DNA of 64,000 nucleotides from Leucoraja erinacea (taxonomy: Eukaryota), in NCBI RefSeq assembly GCF_028641065.1, contig NC_073414.1, positions 620,001 to 684,000 of the forward strand, read 5' to 3'. Positions 40,135 to 52,006 of this stretch are shown piece after piece; the stretch's first letter is position 1; each line of letters opens with the position of its first letter. Below the pieces are notes generated by a model, which saw only the letters and a list, made by a program, of their open reading frames with translations, searched no databases and was not told the origin of the DNA. The position numbers and the translations under genes are program-made.

Positions 40135-40673
40135 TGACTTGTCTTGTCTTGACTTGTCTTGCCTTGACTTGTCTTGCCTTGCCTTGTCTTGTCTTNNNNN
40201 NNNNNNNNNNNNNNNNNNNNNNNNNNNNNNNNNNNNNNNNNNNNNNNNNNNNNNNNNNNNNNNNNNNNNNNNNNNNNNNNNNNNNNNNNNNNNNNNNNNN
40301 NNNNNNNNNNNNNNNNNNNNNNNNNNNNNNNNNNNNNNNNNNNNNNNNNNNNNNNNNNNNNNNNNNNNNNNNNNNNNNNNGTCTTGCCTTGCCTTGTCTT
40401 GTCTTGTCTTGTCTTGTTGTCTTGTCTTGTCTTGTCTTGTCTTGTCTTGCCTTGTCTTGCCTTGCCTTGTCTTGTCTTGTGCCTTGTCTTGCCTTGTCTT
40501 GCCTTGTCTTGTCTTGTCTTGTCTTGCCTTGTCTTGTCTTGTCTTGTCTTGCCTTGTCTTGCCTTGTCTTGTCTTGCCTTGTCTTGTCTTGTCTTGCCTT
40601 GTCTTGTCTTGTCTTGTCTTGCCTTGTCTTGTCTTGTCTTGTCTTGTCTTGCCTTGCCTTGCCTTGTCTTGTC
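40135..40673. repeat. (GTCTT/GCCTT)n pentanucleotide microsatellite with an internal gap
   Basis: Directly visible. Confidence 0.97.
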
Positions 40674-41304
40674 TGTGGTGCTTGTGTTCACTAGCTGTGT
40701 TCCCCCATCTTTATATCAACAGTGGTATTCTTCACCTTGTGCAATGTTGTACGTCTGATGAATGGGGGAAAGATGCAGATGGGGGGAGAGGGGAGGATGG
40801 TGGGAGTGAAGGTGAAGGGAGAGAAGGATGGTAAGAATGGGGAAGGGAGAAGGGGAGAGAGAATGAGGGAGGAGGAGGGGGGTGCTTGGAGCAAAAGGGA
40901 GGGGTGAATAGTGAGGGATGTGGAGAAGATGAAGCAGGGGATGAGGGAGAGGTGACTGTGGGGCCAGATGGCGAATGACGCAGGGAAATGGAGGATAAAT
41001 GGAATGGAATGAAGCAGATGAAGGGAATGGTCAAGTGGGAAGAAGGGAGTGAGAGAGGGGATGCAGGGAATGAGGAGGGGGGGGGATCGGGGGGCAGACA
41101 GAGGGATGGGGGCAAGAAGTAAATAGAGGAAATACGGGAGGGTTGGGGTGGGTGTATGTCACGATGCACTCACCCTCACCGTCTCCATGATGCTGGGGTG
41201 ATGAGAGCTGATGGGAGAGGGGGTGTAGGTGGGGCTAGGGGTCGGGGTTTGGGGTACAGTGCATTAATCCTGTCCCTGTCTCAGTGATACTGGTCGCTGG
41301 GGCT

Positions 41305-41344
<40 letters not shown>

Positions 41345-41470
41345 GAGAGAGAGGATTAGGGGTTAGGGGTTGGGAGGTCGGGGTTTGGGGTATGATGCAC
41401 TCACCCTGTCCCTGACCCTGACCTTGTCTCTCCCTCAGTGATTACTGCCGCTGGGGGCTGAGGAGGGGCC

Positions 41471-41725
41471 ATGCCGCCCATCAGTGAGGTGTGGAGATAC
41501 GTAACGCAGAGAGATGATCGAACCCTGGAATGCACCATGTGTGGCTGGCAGCTAGCCCACCCTTGCAGCACTGAAGTACTGCGCCTACACCTGCAAAACC
41601 ACCACCGCATCCACTTCACCACAGAGACCGGGCAGGGGGAACCGCAGGGAACCGACAGCACCGGAGACGAGACTCAGTGTGAGGAGGAACAGGGTCACAG
41701 CGACATGCTGGACATAGACAGCCCC
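41471..41725 (+). CDS. ZBED-family gene, first coding exon, BED zinc finger 1
   Basis: Acceptor tccctcag| at 41438, gccATG Kozak; SEVWRY...CTMC...LRLHLQNHHRI fits the BED pattern; CCC|gtgag phase-0 donor. Confidence 0.75.
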
Positions 41726-42840
41726 GTGAGTCCACGTGTGTACGGAAACAGGCCACTCGGCCCAAATCACCCATACTAACTTTCCACACCTGCCTACGGT
41801 TGGCCCATAGCCCTCTAAACATGTCCTATCCATGAACCTCTCCAAATATCTTTCAATGTTGTTATAGTCCCAGCCTCAACTATCTCCTCTGGCAGCGCGT
41901 TCCATACACCAACCACCTCTGTGTGAAAAAGTTACCCCTCAGGTTCCTATTAAATCTTTTCCCCTTCACCTTAAACCTATGTCCTCTGGTTCTTGATTCC
42001 CCTATCCTGGGTATCCTTGTACATTCACCCTATCTATTCCCATCGTGATTTTATACACCTCTATAAGATCACCCCTCACCCTCCTGCGCTCCAAGGAATA
42101 AAGTCCTAGCCTGCGCTCCAAGGAATAAAGTCCTAGCCTGCTCAACCTCTCCCTGTACCTCAGACCCTCAACTCCTGGCAACATCCTCGTAAACCTCTGC
42201 TATCAAAGCGAGTCCCATTTGCTCACATTCCTCTAAATATTTCCTATCCATTCACCTGTCTAAATGTCTCCTAAACATTGTTATTGTATCTGCCGCAATT
42301 ACTTCCCTTTGGCAGCTCATTCCATACACCCACCATCTTCTGTGCAACTAAGCACAAAGTATTGGAGGAGCTCAGCAGGTCAGGCAGCGTCTATGGAGGG
42401 AATGGACAGACATTTCTGGTCGGGACCCTCCATCAGACTGGTGGGGGGGGGGGGGGGGGAGTGGGAAAGCGGACAAGAGAGATGGTGAGTGTACAGAGGG
42501 GGGGGGGGAGCAGGGTGACTGTGAAGGGGGAGGGTGGGCGAGGTGTATGCACGGGAGGGGGAGGGGGGGGGACAGAGAGAGTGGTCAGTGGGGGTACAAC
42601 TAGATGTCAGTGTTCCAGCTGTTGGACTGTCAGCCAGCCACGCGAAGTGCTGACATTAGGCCCCTGACTCACACCCAATCCCCAATATCGCTGCCGGTGG
42701 TATCTGACCCCTCCAGTCTGTAGACTCCCCGCACCCCCCCGCCACTCCCCTCCCCTGGGAGAGGGGGTCCACATGGTTCCCTTCCTCCCCACCGCAGGGC
42801 AGGTGAGCATCATGTAACGTCTCCTCTTTGCTCTGCACAG

Positions 42841-42976
42841 GAGCCCCACAGGTCGCCGGGCAGCAGCAGCAGCAGCAGGCGCATGTCGGAGATGCTGCGG
42901 GACTGCGCTGCACAGCTCGAGGACGAGGAGGACGAGGGGCCAGGAGATGGAGACCCTCACCCCACCCTGACTGAAG
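42841..42976 (+). CDS. ZBED-family gene, second coding exon (acidic linker)
   Basis: ctctttgctctgcacag| acceptor; EPHRSPGSSSSSRRMSEMLRDCAAQLEDEEDEGPG... is in frame with the first exon; G|gtacc donor. Confidence 0.65.
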
Positions 42977-43293
42977 GTACCGCACCCCACAACACACTTA
43001 CCACCACCCCCCTGTTCTGGACTCCCCCAACATGGGGAACATTTTTCCTCCATCTACCCTGTCCAATCCTCTAAGAATTTTATATGTTTCCATAAGATTC
43101 CATTTTATACTAAATTCCAGTGAATACAAGCCCAGTCGACCCATTCTTTCATCACATGTCAGTCCTGCCATCCCGGGAATTAACTTGGTGAACCTACTCT
43201 GCGCTCCCTCCATAGCAAGAATTGTACCCCTGGGTCACTATATCATTGTAGCCCCATCTTGTATCTGTATCACTCTACCCATATATACTGTAG

Positions 43294-43531
43294 CCCTCTC
43301 CTCACGTCTCCTCCTCTCCTCTCCTCACGTCTCCTCCTCTCCTCTCCTCACTTCTCCTCTCCTCTCTACTCTCCTCCCATCTCCTCTCCTCTCCTCTCTT
43401 CTCTCCTCTCCTCACTTTTCCTCCCCTCTCCTCTCCTCCCCCTCTACTCCCATATCCTCTCCTCTCCTCTCCTCCTCTATTCACCTCACCTCCCCTCTCC
43501 TCTCCACTCTTCTCCTCTCCTCTCCTCCCAT
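43294..43531. repeat. (CTCCT)n-type pyrimidine microsatellite before the gap, in the ZBED intron
   Basis: Directly visible. Confidence 0.95.
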
Positions 43532-43668
43532 NNNNNNNNNNNNNNNNNNNNNNNNNNNNNNNNNNNNNNNNNNNNNNNNNNNNNNNNNNNNNNNNNNNNN
43601 NNNNNNNNNNNNNNNNNNNNNNNNNNNNNNNNNNNNNNNNNNNNNNNNNNNNNNNNNNNNNNNNNNNN

Positions 43669-45565
43669 GCTGTCCACGCTGCTTCGCTCCTGTGGGCCGG
43701 CCCGCAGTCCCCGGGGAAGCGCCGAGCTGACCTACAAGCGGCGGCTGGCGGGCGGGAGCCCGGACCGGGCTGAGACATGGGATTTCTTCAAGAAGCTGAA
43801 CGAGCGGTGCGTCGAGTGCAGCCTCTGCCGCAAACAGCTCTGCTTCCACGCCAGCACGGCCAGTCTCCGGGAGCATCTCCGCCGCAAACACCGGCTCGGG
43901 GAAGCGCAGCCCCGCCACGGCGCCGACGATGCCTCGTCCGGATCCGAGTCGGTGGGGCCGGAGCCCGAGGTGAAGAGGAACCGAGCGGTGGGGGAGAGAG
44001 TGGGGGTCCCGGAGTGTCCGGAGTGTCCGGAGCGGCGGCGGGACGTGCTGGACCGGCTACTGCTGGGCCTGGTTTACCGGGACCTGCAGCCGCTTGGCCT
44101 CGGGAAACAGACCGGCTTCAAGCGGCTGCTTGGTTACTTGGAGCCGAGTTACCGACCCCCGACAGCGGCTCAGTTATCGGCCGCTCTGCGCCGCCTCTAC
44201 CTGCGGGCTCGCCAACATCTGGCGGCACAGCTGCGCTCGGTACCGGCGCTGGCGTTATCCACTCACAGCTGGAGCGGCCCCGGCGGTCGGCCCTTCCTCA
44301 CTGTGCTAGCCCACTACACGGACGCCCGTTGGGCCACGGTGCGCTGCGCTCTCCGGACCGGCCGAGCTCCCGGTCCCGACCTCCTGCTCTCTGCCCTCGC
44401 CGACTACCAGCTCCCCGCCGCTGCCGTCATCTGTGTGGTGGAGGATAGCCCGCGGGCCCGGGCCGAGTGGCCGCCATACAGCCTCCCGTGCGCCCGCCGC
44501 GCCCTCGACCTCTGTCTCCGACAAACACTGCGACTCGAGGCTCTACAACCGGCACTCGGAGCAGCTCGCCGCCTCGCCGCGCAACTGCAGCTCGGCCCGG
44601 ACTTCGGACACGGGCTGGAGCCGCTGGACATCGGTCTCCTCCAGGCTGGACAGTGGCCGGAGCCGCTGGACACCGGTCTGTTCCCGGCCGGACAGTGGCC
44701 GGAGGCGGACACTGGCCCGCACTGGGACAACACGCTACAGATGTGCGAGCGGCTGCTGCGGATGCGGCCGGCACTGGACAGCGAGCCCGCACTTTCCCCG
44801 CAACACTGGCAGCTTTTGCGGGACCTGGTGTCCGTCCTGCAGCCGCTGCGGCTCGGCCTGGCCTTCCTGTCCGAGCCCCACAACGCTTCAGTGTCGGCGC
44901 TGCTGCCCTGCCTACATGGAGTGGCCGCCGCGCTGGCCCAGTGTCCGCTGGAGGTGGCGAGCCCGGCCAGGGCAGCTGGGGCCCGGCTCCGACACTTGTT
45001 GTTGCGCCGCTGGGAACTGGAGAGCGGCCCCGATGTGGCCACAGGTCCCGCTGGTCTGGCCGCTATCGCCTCCTTCCTCGACCCGCGCTTCAAGGACCTG
45101 CGTTTCCTCGACGCCCGCACCCGGGACCACATCCACCGCAAGGTGCGGGCACTGCTGGCGGCCACTCCGCCCGAACCCCGGCCTGCTAGCCCGTGCCCGC
45201 CGCCGCTCGGCCCGTCCCCAGGGGCTGCTAGCCCGGGCCCGCCCCCGGCCGCCCTGCCCAGCGACTATGACCTGTTGTTCGGCGCGGAGCCGGCGGGCGC
45301 GATGCCCGAGTCTCGGCTGCAGTTGGACGGGTACTTGTCCGAGCCGCTCCGCAAACGCGACTCCGACCCATTCCACTGGTGGCGGGACAACGGGCATCGC
45401 TTCCCGGCGCTCGCCCGCCTCGCCCGCCGCTTCCTGCCCATCCCCGCCGCCGCCGGGCCGCTCTCTCCCCGCCACAACTCCACGCCCGCCGGCGGCACCG
45501 ACACTGATGTGGAGTACATCGTGTTCCTTCACACAAACGTCCCGTACATCGACCTCCTCCAGTGA
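43669..45565 (+). CDS. ZBED-family gene, large terminal exon: BED finger 2, hAT transposase-like core and hATC dimerisation domain; 5' boundary hidden in N-gap
   Basis: ~630 open codons: WDFF...CSLC...LREHLRRKH (BED), RDLQP...GFKRLL..LEPSY, ASFLDPRFK, DPFHWWRDNGHRFPALARLARRFLPIPA; AATAAA at 45769. Confidence 0.92.
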
Positions 45566-48451
45566 CGCCAAACCGAGTGGCCCTTCGGCCCGTCCACTCG
45601 CTGCTCTAACCCCACGCTCCCAGTACAGCAGCGCCAGTCTCGACAGAAGAGACACAAGCGACTGATTGGCCCAATCCTGCTCATTATGTGATCCTAATCC
45701 TAATCATGTTCTTTGAACGAAAGCTATCCGTGCACCGTGGAATTTGACAGATTCTATTTATTCACATAAATAAACAAGGGCAGGACTTGAACAGTAAATG
45801 ATAGAGTACAGGGGGAAAGAACACAAAGCCTGGAGGTGCAGGCACATCATTCCTTGACGGTGGTCTGAGGTGGACAACCTTCTTTAATCCATCCAACACA
45901 TGAACTCAAGCCAATCCAACATCACCTCCCAGAATAAACCCGTGCTGAATCTCCCTGATCAACCAATGCCTTTCTTCGTGGCCTCTGCATTGATTCCAGC
46001 AATTTTTTTCACCCTGGAGCAGATGACCAGCTTGTAGGTACTTGCATTCCTTCAGTCAGTGACAGCGCTCCTCAGTGGGCAGAGTTACTCATTGCTGTAA
46101 CACTGAAACAAAAACTGAATCCACATTTCATAGTCTCGTGTACCGAGGTACAGTGAAAAGTTTTTGTTGTGTGCTAACCAGTCAGCGGAAAGACAATACG
46201 TGGGCCATTTATAGTGTATAGATGCATGATAAGGGAATAACGTTTAGTGCAAAGTTAAGCCAGCAAAGTCCGATCAAGGATAGTCCAAGGGTCATCAATG
46301 AGGTAGAAAGTAGTTCATTGCTCTCTGGTTAAGGGTAGGATTATTCAGTTGCCTGATAACAGCTGGGAAGAAACTGTCCCTGATGTAATGGCTGCTTGTT
46401 CTAATGTTGTGATATCCTCTGTACCTAATGAAACAGTAGGCTGTGATTATTGCTGACAATCTAGGGAGGCAAACAAGACCTGGGTTTAATCTCTGCTCTC
46501 TCAGCATGAAGCTGAATCATCAACCTACACCAAGTCTGTGGAGCAGGACTTGACTCCATGACCTCCTGACCCGCCAGAGGCAGGCCTTGGCTCAATCCGT
46601 GGGCTGACGTTTCTTCCCAGTTGTTATTTTCAAGAGAGAATTAGATAAGGCTCTTAAAGATAGCGGTCAGGGGATAGGGGATAGGGGAGAAGGCAGGAAA
46701 GGGGTACTGATTGGGGATGATCACATTGAATGGCGGTGCTGGCTCGAAGTGCCGAATGGCCTACTCCTGCACCTATTGTCTATTTGGCAACTGAACTATC
46801 CTACCACAACCAGAGAGCAGTCCTGGACTACTATCTACCTCTATGATGATCTTCGGACTATCTTTGACGGGGAACCGAACAAACGAGGCTAAGGGCGTCC
46901 TCATCCACGGCCACAGGAGAATATTCCTGACAATCAGATGCTAAATATTTGTATTGGTTTGTTATTGGTTTATTATTATCATGTGTATGGAGATACTGTG
47001 AAAAGCTTTTGTTTGTATGCTAATTGATTAAATCAGATCATACAATGCATGAGTCCAATCATGGCAAGCTACGACATCTAGTCGAAGGGCCGAATGGCCT
47101 TCTCTAGCACCTGTTTTCTATGTTTCTAGTGCAAAGAGAACTTTAGCAGAGTGCAGAATCTACTTTTGCAGTGTTACAAGCCTAATGTCCACGACGAGGT
47201 AGGATGGAAGAACGGGACTGTTCGTAGTCTGATAACAGTGGGTAAGAACCTGGTCCTGTAGCTGGCAAGCTTTTCCATCTTCTGCCCGACAGAAAAGGGG
47301 AGAAGAGGAATGAACAAGGTGAAAGAAGGTCCTTGATTATGTTGGCTGCTCTCCTGAGGCAGCGTGAAGTGTAGACGCAATCAATGGCGGGGAGTCCAGT
47401 CTGTGTGATAGACTGGGCTACATCCACGTCTCTGCAATTTCTTGCGGTCTTGAGCAGAGCTGTTCCCAAACCACGAATCCCAATTGGATATTCTTGCAGT
47501 TGTTTTGATTTTTATTCAAATGAATTAACTTTCGTTTTAAAATAACCGCAGATGTTATGAATCTAAAAATACATCTTGGAAACACAGCAGATCAGGCAGC
47601 ATCTGTGTAGAGAGAAACAGAGGTTGTAGATCCTCCAGAACCAGGTGTCAATCTCTCCCAGATTTGATGAGTGATCATTGAGCTGAAAACCAAGCAGATT
47701 CCATCTTCACAGATGCTGCCTGGACCACTGAGTGATCTTGTGTTTGCTGGATGGACAACAATGGACAATTGTTTCAGGATCAACATGCTTCCTGCTAACA
47801 GCAACATGTTGGTTTAAGCTCCAATCTGGTGGTCTCCCTGCCCTGTGTGTGCGAATGATCTGTCCCCACACCCTCAGTGGAGCAGTGATGGACCGAGCCG
47901 TTCCCTGACCGGTTGAATGGCGGAGCAGACTCCAAGGGCCGAATGGCCTCGTTCTGTCCCTATACCTTATAGTCTTGCCTGACCTATGTATCCCGTATCC
48001 TTCTGTCAGTTAATGAGCACGAGGAAGGGTGTCTACATGTGGTGACGACACCAGTATCTCATCACAAACACAGCGGTTTCTGTGCTGGAAGTTGGAACTG
48101 CTCCCGCCGTTAGGTATTAGACGGCCTTGGTTATTCCCAATAAACAGACGGCAGTGTGGATAAATGATACATTTTCTATTTATTTCCTGTACTGATAAAA
48201 CCACTGCCTCATAGAAACAGGTGTAAAACAACTAATTGTTAAGGGAACAAACCATCCATGTCACATCTTCAGGATGCCCAGAGCGTGTTACATGTGTGGT
48301 CACCATCATGGGACAGGCAGGACAGCGACGTCCCCCAACTCATGCAAAACTGAATTCCATAAAACTTCAATCCAACGACATGACCCATTGAAGATCAGTC
48401 CTGGTGTTTATAGAAACAAAGAACTGCAGATTTTTTTTTAGGCCCCATTCG

Positions 48452-48825
48452 GTCATGGCTGACCATGGGTGTCTCCTGGGTTGGAGGACGCCAGTACGTG
48501 ACTTTGTTTAACGTGGGGAGACTGGTGTACAGACAGCCACCACACACACGGTCCTTGACAGATCTGGGTTAGGATCCAGTGGCTTGGAGTCCAAGACGAA
48601 CGGAGACCCCTTTCATCCGCCTTCCCAGCCGTTGTGGCGCTCCACTAAGGTCAGCCATCGTCCTCCACCTGTTCCACCATTGAGGTCTTGGTTGGATCAC
48701 TCTTTGTCAGAGACCTCCCCCTCAATCTTACCGCCATGGGTGACCCTACCAGGACCATAGCTCCAGACGGCATCGCTCTCAGGATCTCAGGACCACACAA
48801 GCTTCTCCATCACGGACAAGGTGAC
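48452..48825 (-). mobile_element. Possible RTE-clade LINE 5' UTR fragment
   Basis: ccatgggtgaccctaccagg...gctctcaggatctcaggaccacacaagcttctcca resembles recalled RTE-type 5' regions; no ORF support. Confidence 0.4.
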
Positions 48826-49430
48826 CCACACACACACACACTGACCCCACAGACACACTGACCCCACACACACACTGACCCCACACAGACACTGACCCNN
48901 NNNNNNNNNNNNNNNNNNNNNNNNNNNNNNNNNNNNNNNNNNNNNNNNNNNNNNNNNNNNNNNNNNNNNNNNNNNNNNNNNNNNNNNNNNNNNNNNNNNN
49001 NNNNNNNNNNNNNNNNNNNNNNNNNNNNNNNNNNNNNNNNNNNNNNNNNNNNNNNNNNNNNNNNNNNNNNNNNNNNNNNNNNNNNNNNNNNNNNNNNNNN
49101 NNNNNNNNNNNNNNNNNNNNNNNNNNNNNNNNNNNNNNNNNNNNNNNNNNNNNNNNNNNNNNNNNNNNNNNNNNNNNNNNNNNNNNNNNNNNNNNNNNNN
49201 NNNNNNNNNNNNNNNNNNNNNNNNNNNNNNNNNNNNNNNNNNNNNNNNNNNNNNNNNNNNNNNNNNNNNNNNNNNNNNNNNNNNNNNNNNNNACCCACAC
49301 ACACACTGACCCCACACAGACACTGACCCCACACAGACACTGACCCCACACAGACACTGACCCACACACACTGACCCCACACACACACACTGACCCACAC
49401 ACACTGACCCCACACACACACACTGACCCC
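48822..49430. repeat. Minisatellite CACTGACCCC(ACAC/AGAC)n upstream of ERH, with gaps
   Basis: Directly visible ~15-20-bp variable units. Confidence 0.95.
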
Positions 49431-49629
49431 NNNNNNNNNNNNNNNNNNNNNNNNNNNNNNNNNNNNNNNNNNNNNNNNNNNNNNNNNNNNNNNNNNNNNN
49501 NNNNNNNNNNNNNNNNNNNNNNNNNNNNNNNNNNNNNNNNNNNNNNNNNNNNNNNNNNNNNNNNNNNNNNNNNNNNNNNNNNNNNNNNNNNAATATTTAA
49601 ACACAATCGGACATTTTTATTCTACAGGA

Positions 49630-49745
49630 TTTTTTTGGCGCGAAGTTTCTACAACAAAGGGGAAACTTTCAGCCATTCACAGGCTTGCGTGACGTCACCG
49701 CGCTTCCGGGTGGAAGGTCGCGCCTCGCCATTTCCGGTTTCCATT
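49630..49745 (+). promoter_or_regulatory. ERH core promoter with E2F, CRE/ATF, ETS and YY1-type motifs
   Basis: TTTTGGCGCGAA at ~49633-49644, GTGACGTCAC at 49689-49698, CTTCCGG at ~49703, CGCCATTT at ~49726 overlapping TTCCGG; CpG-rich, TATA-less, ending ~55 nt before the ATG. Confidence 0.7.
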
Positions 49746-49800
49746 TCACCCCCGGCGGCCCCGAGACACGACAAACGGCGAAACACGCGGCGGCGACAAC

Positions 49801-49803
49801 ATG
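49801..49803 (+). CDS. ERH: ERH exon 1 coding part (ATG only)
   Basis: aacATG|gtgggt; phase 0 joins to TCT CAC ACG of exon 2, the known ERH structure. Confidence 0.85.
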
Positions 49804-50099
49804 GTGGGTGTGGGGGGGTGTGGGGGTGGTGTAGTGGTGTAGTGTAGAGTAGTGGGGGTGGTGGTGTATGGTGTGTGTGTGGGGGGGGGGGGTAGTGTAG
49901 TGGTGTAGTGTGTGTTAGTGTAGGGGGGGGTGGTGGAGGGGCGGGGGGGAGGAGGGGGGGGGGGCCGCCGGGCCGGTGGGTGTGTGTGTCTGTGGGGGGG
50001 GGGGGAGCCGGTGGGGGTGGGGCGTGTGTGGGGGGGGCACGGTGTGGTGACGATGACGCGATGGCGCCGCCGCTAACTCTCTCCCTCCTCCATCTCCAG

Positions 50100-50187
50100 T
50101 CTCACACGATCCTCCTGGTGCAACCGACCAAGCGGCCCGAGGGCCGGACCTACGCAGACTACGAGTCTGTCAACGAATGCATGGAAG
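50100..50187 (+). CDS. ERH: ERH exon 2
   Basis: tctccag|; [29 protein letters not shown]; G|gtacc. Confidence 0.96.
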
Positions 50188-50304
50188 GTACCGCAGGGCC
50201 TTTGTTCATCTGTCTCTCTCTGCCTCTCTCTGCAGGATTAGTAACTGAGGCCGTGGGTCACTGCACCGTGTGTGTTCACCCTTCACTGGGGCCCGGCTGC
50301 TTTA

Positions 50305-50590
50305 TAAGGATGAGGGAGAAATCCTTTAAAACCGAGATGAGAAGAACTTTTTTCACACAGAGAGTGGTGAATCTCTGGAACTCTCTGCCACAGAGAGTAG
50401 TCGAGGCCAGTTCATTGGCTATATTTAAGAGGGAGTTAGATGTGGCCCTTGTGGCTAAGGGGATCAGGGGGTATGGAGAGAAGGCAGGTGCGGGATACTG
50501 AGTTGGATGATCAGCCATGATCATATTGAATGGCGGTGCAGGCTCGAAGGGCCGAATGGCCTACTCCTGCACCTAATTTCTATGTTTCTA
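50305..50590 (+). mobile_element. CR1-clade LINE 3' end, little decayed, in ERH intron 2
   Basis: [28 protein letters not shown]...FKRELD, then the tail ggctcgaagggccgaatggcctactcctg and (tttctatg)n. Other CR1 3' pieces at ~1-335, 11625-11810, 33700-34020, 37445-37780, 38995-39295, 41750-42340, 43010-43220, 46620-46785, 50710-51295, 56840-57180. Confidence 0.88.
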
Positions 50591-51885
50591 TACTTTCACC
50601 TCCACAACTCCCCAACTCCTGCACTGTTCACCTGCGGCTCCAACAGCGAATCCAGTCAGAGCTGGATCTCCTCTAGTCAGCGGCACACAGTCCATTTACC
50701 CAAGATGAGGCATAGATCGGGTAGATGGACATAGTCGCTTGTCCAGAGTAGGGAAACGAGAACCAGAGGACATAGGTTTAAGGTGAGGGTGGTGGGGGTG
50801 GGAGAAGGTTTAATGGGAACCCGAGGGGTAACATGCACATGCATGGAATGAGCTGCCAGGGAAGGTTGTTGAGGTGGGTACCATCGCAACTTTGAAGAAA
50901 TATTTAGACCGGTACATAGGACAGGTTTGGAGTGATATGGGCCAAACATGGGCAGGTGGGACTAGGGTAGATGGGACATGTTGGTTGGTGTGGGCAAGTT
51001 GGGCTGAAGGACCTGTATCAAGGTCGGGGAATGAAGAGCCAGAGGCCGTAGGTTTAATGGGAATCTGAGGACAAACTTTTCACACAGAGGGTGGTGGGTG
51101 TATGGAACGAGCTGCCAGAGGAGGTAGTTCAGGCAGGTACCACAACATTTAAAAGACATTTGGACAGGTACATGGATAGGACAGGTTGAAAGGGATATGG
51201 GCAAACAGGCAGGTGGGACCAGTGTAGATGTGGCAACGTAGTCGGCATGGAGTAGTTGGGCTGAAGGGCCTGTTTCCGTGCTGTATGATCCTATGTCGCT
51301 CCTACCTGTGAACAAGTGTAATACTCCCTGCCCACACCGTGTACGATTTAATGCAAAATTTGCAGACACAAAGAACTGCAAATACTGGAACCAAGCAAAA
51401 CACAAAGTGCTGGAGGAACTCAACGGGTTGGGCAGCATTTGGACAGTGTTATGGGTTGGTTTCCTTAACGTCGTCTGTCCATTTCCTTCCACAGATGCTG
51501 CCTGGCCCGCTGTGATCCTCCCGCACTTTGTGTTAACGTGTAACTTGTTTGATAATGCTGTTTGTTTCCCCTTTGGAATAGATGGAATTGTCAGGTGTGG
51601 TTTTAGGGAAGCGGTTAGGGTTAGGCTCCTAATTGCTGCAGCAGCAGCCCAGAACTGTTACATCACAGGCTCCATGCAATATGTAAACTACAAAGTACGT
51701 TTAAAATGCCATGAAACACACAGTGCTGGAGTAACTCAGCGGGTCTGGCAGCATCTGGGACCCATGTTCTCCAGAGATGCTGCATGTCCTGATTTACTCC
51801 AGCACTCTGTGTCTATGTTTGGTATTTGAACCAGCATCTGCAGTTGCTCGTTACATTTAAAACATTTGAATCTGCTCCTCCCCAG

Positions 51886-52006
51886 GTGTCTGTAAAATGT
51901 TTGAAGAGCATTTGAAGAGGATGAACCCGAACAGTCCGTCCATCACGTATGACATCAGCCAACTCTTTGACTTCATCGATGACCTTGCTGATCTGAGTTG
52001 CCTTGT
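51886..52006 (+). CDS. ERH: ERH exon 3
   Basis: ccccag|; (G)[39 protein letters not shown](V); GT|gtaag. Confidence 0.96.

Noticed and set aside
40122-40834. Cys/Leu-rich and DKTRQ ORFs
   Set aside because: Pentanucleotide microsatellite plus gap read-through.
42083-42141. 27-bp tandem duplication (also small ones at ~2821-2866, 9680-9716, 62244-62307)
   Set aside because: Ordinary slippage duplications in decayed repeats or introns.
43259-43668. N-terminal part of the 768-aa ORF
   Set aside because: Translation of a CT microsatellite and an N-gap; intronic.
44404-45665. Long overlapping ORFs (410 aa +, 240 aa +, 253 aa -, 247 aa -) over the ZBED exon
   Set aside because: Shadow frames of very GC-rich coding DNA; low-complexity products with no motifs.
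48779-49606. 210-275-aa ORFs
   Set aside because: Minisatellite and N-gaps.
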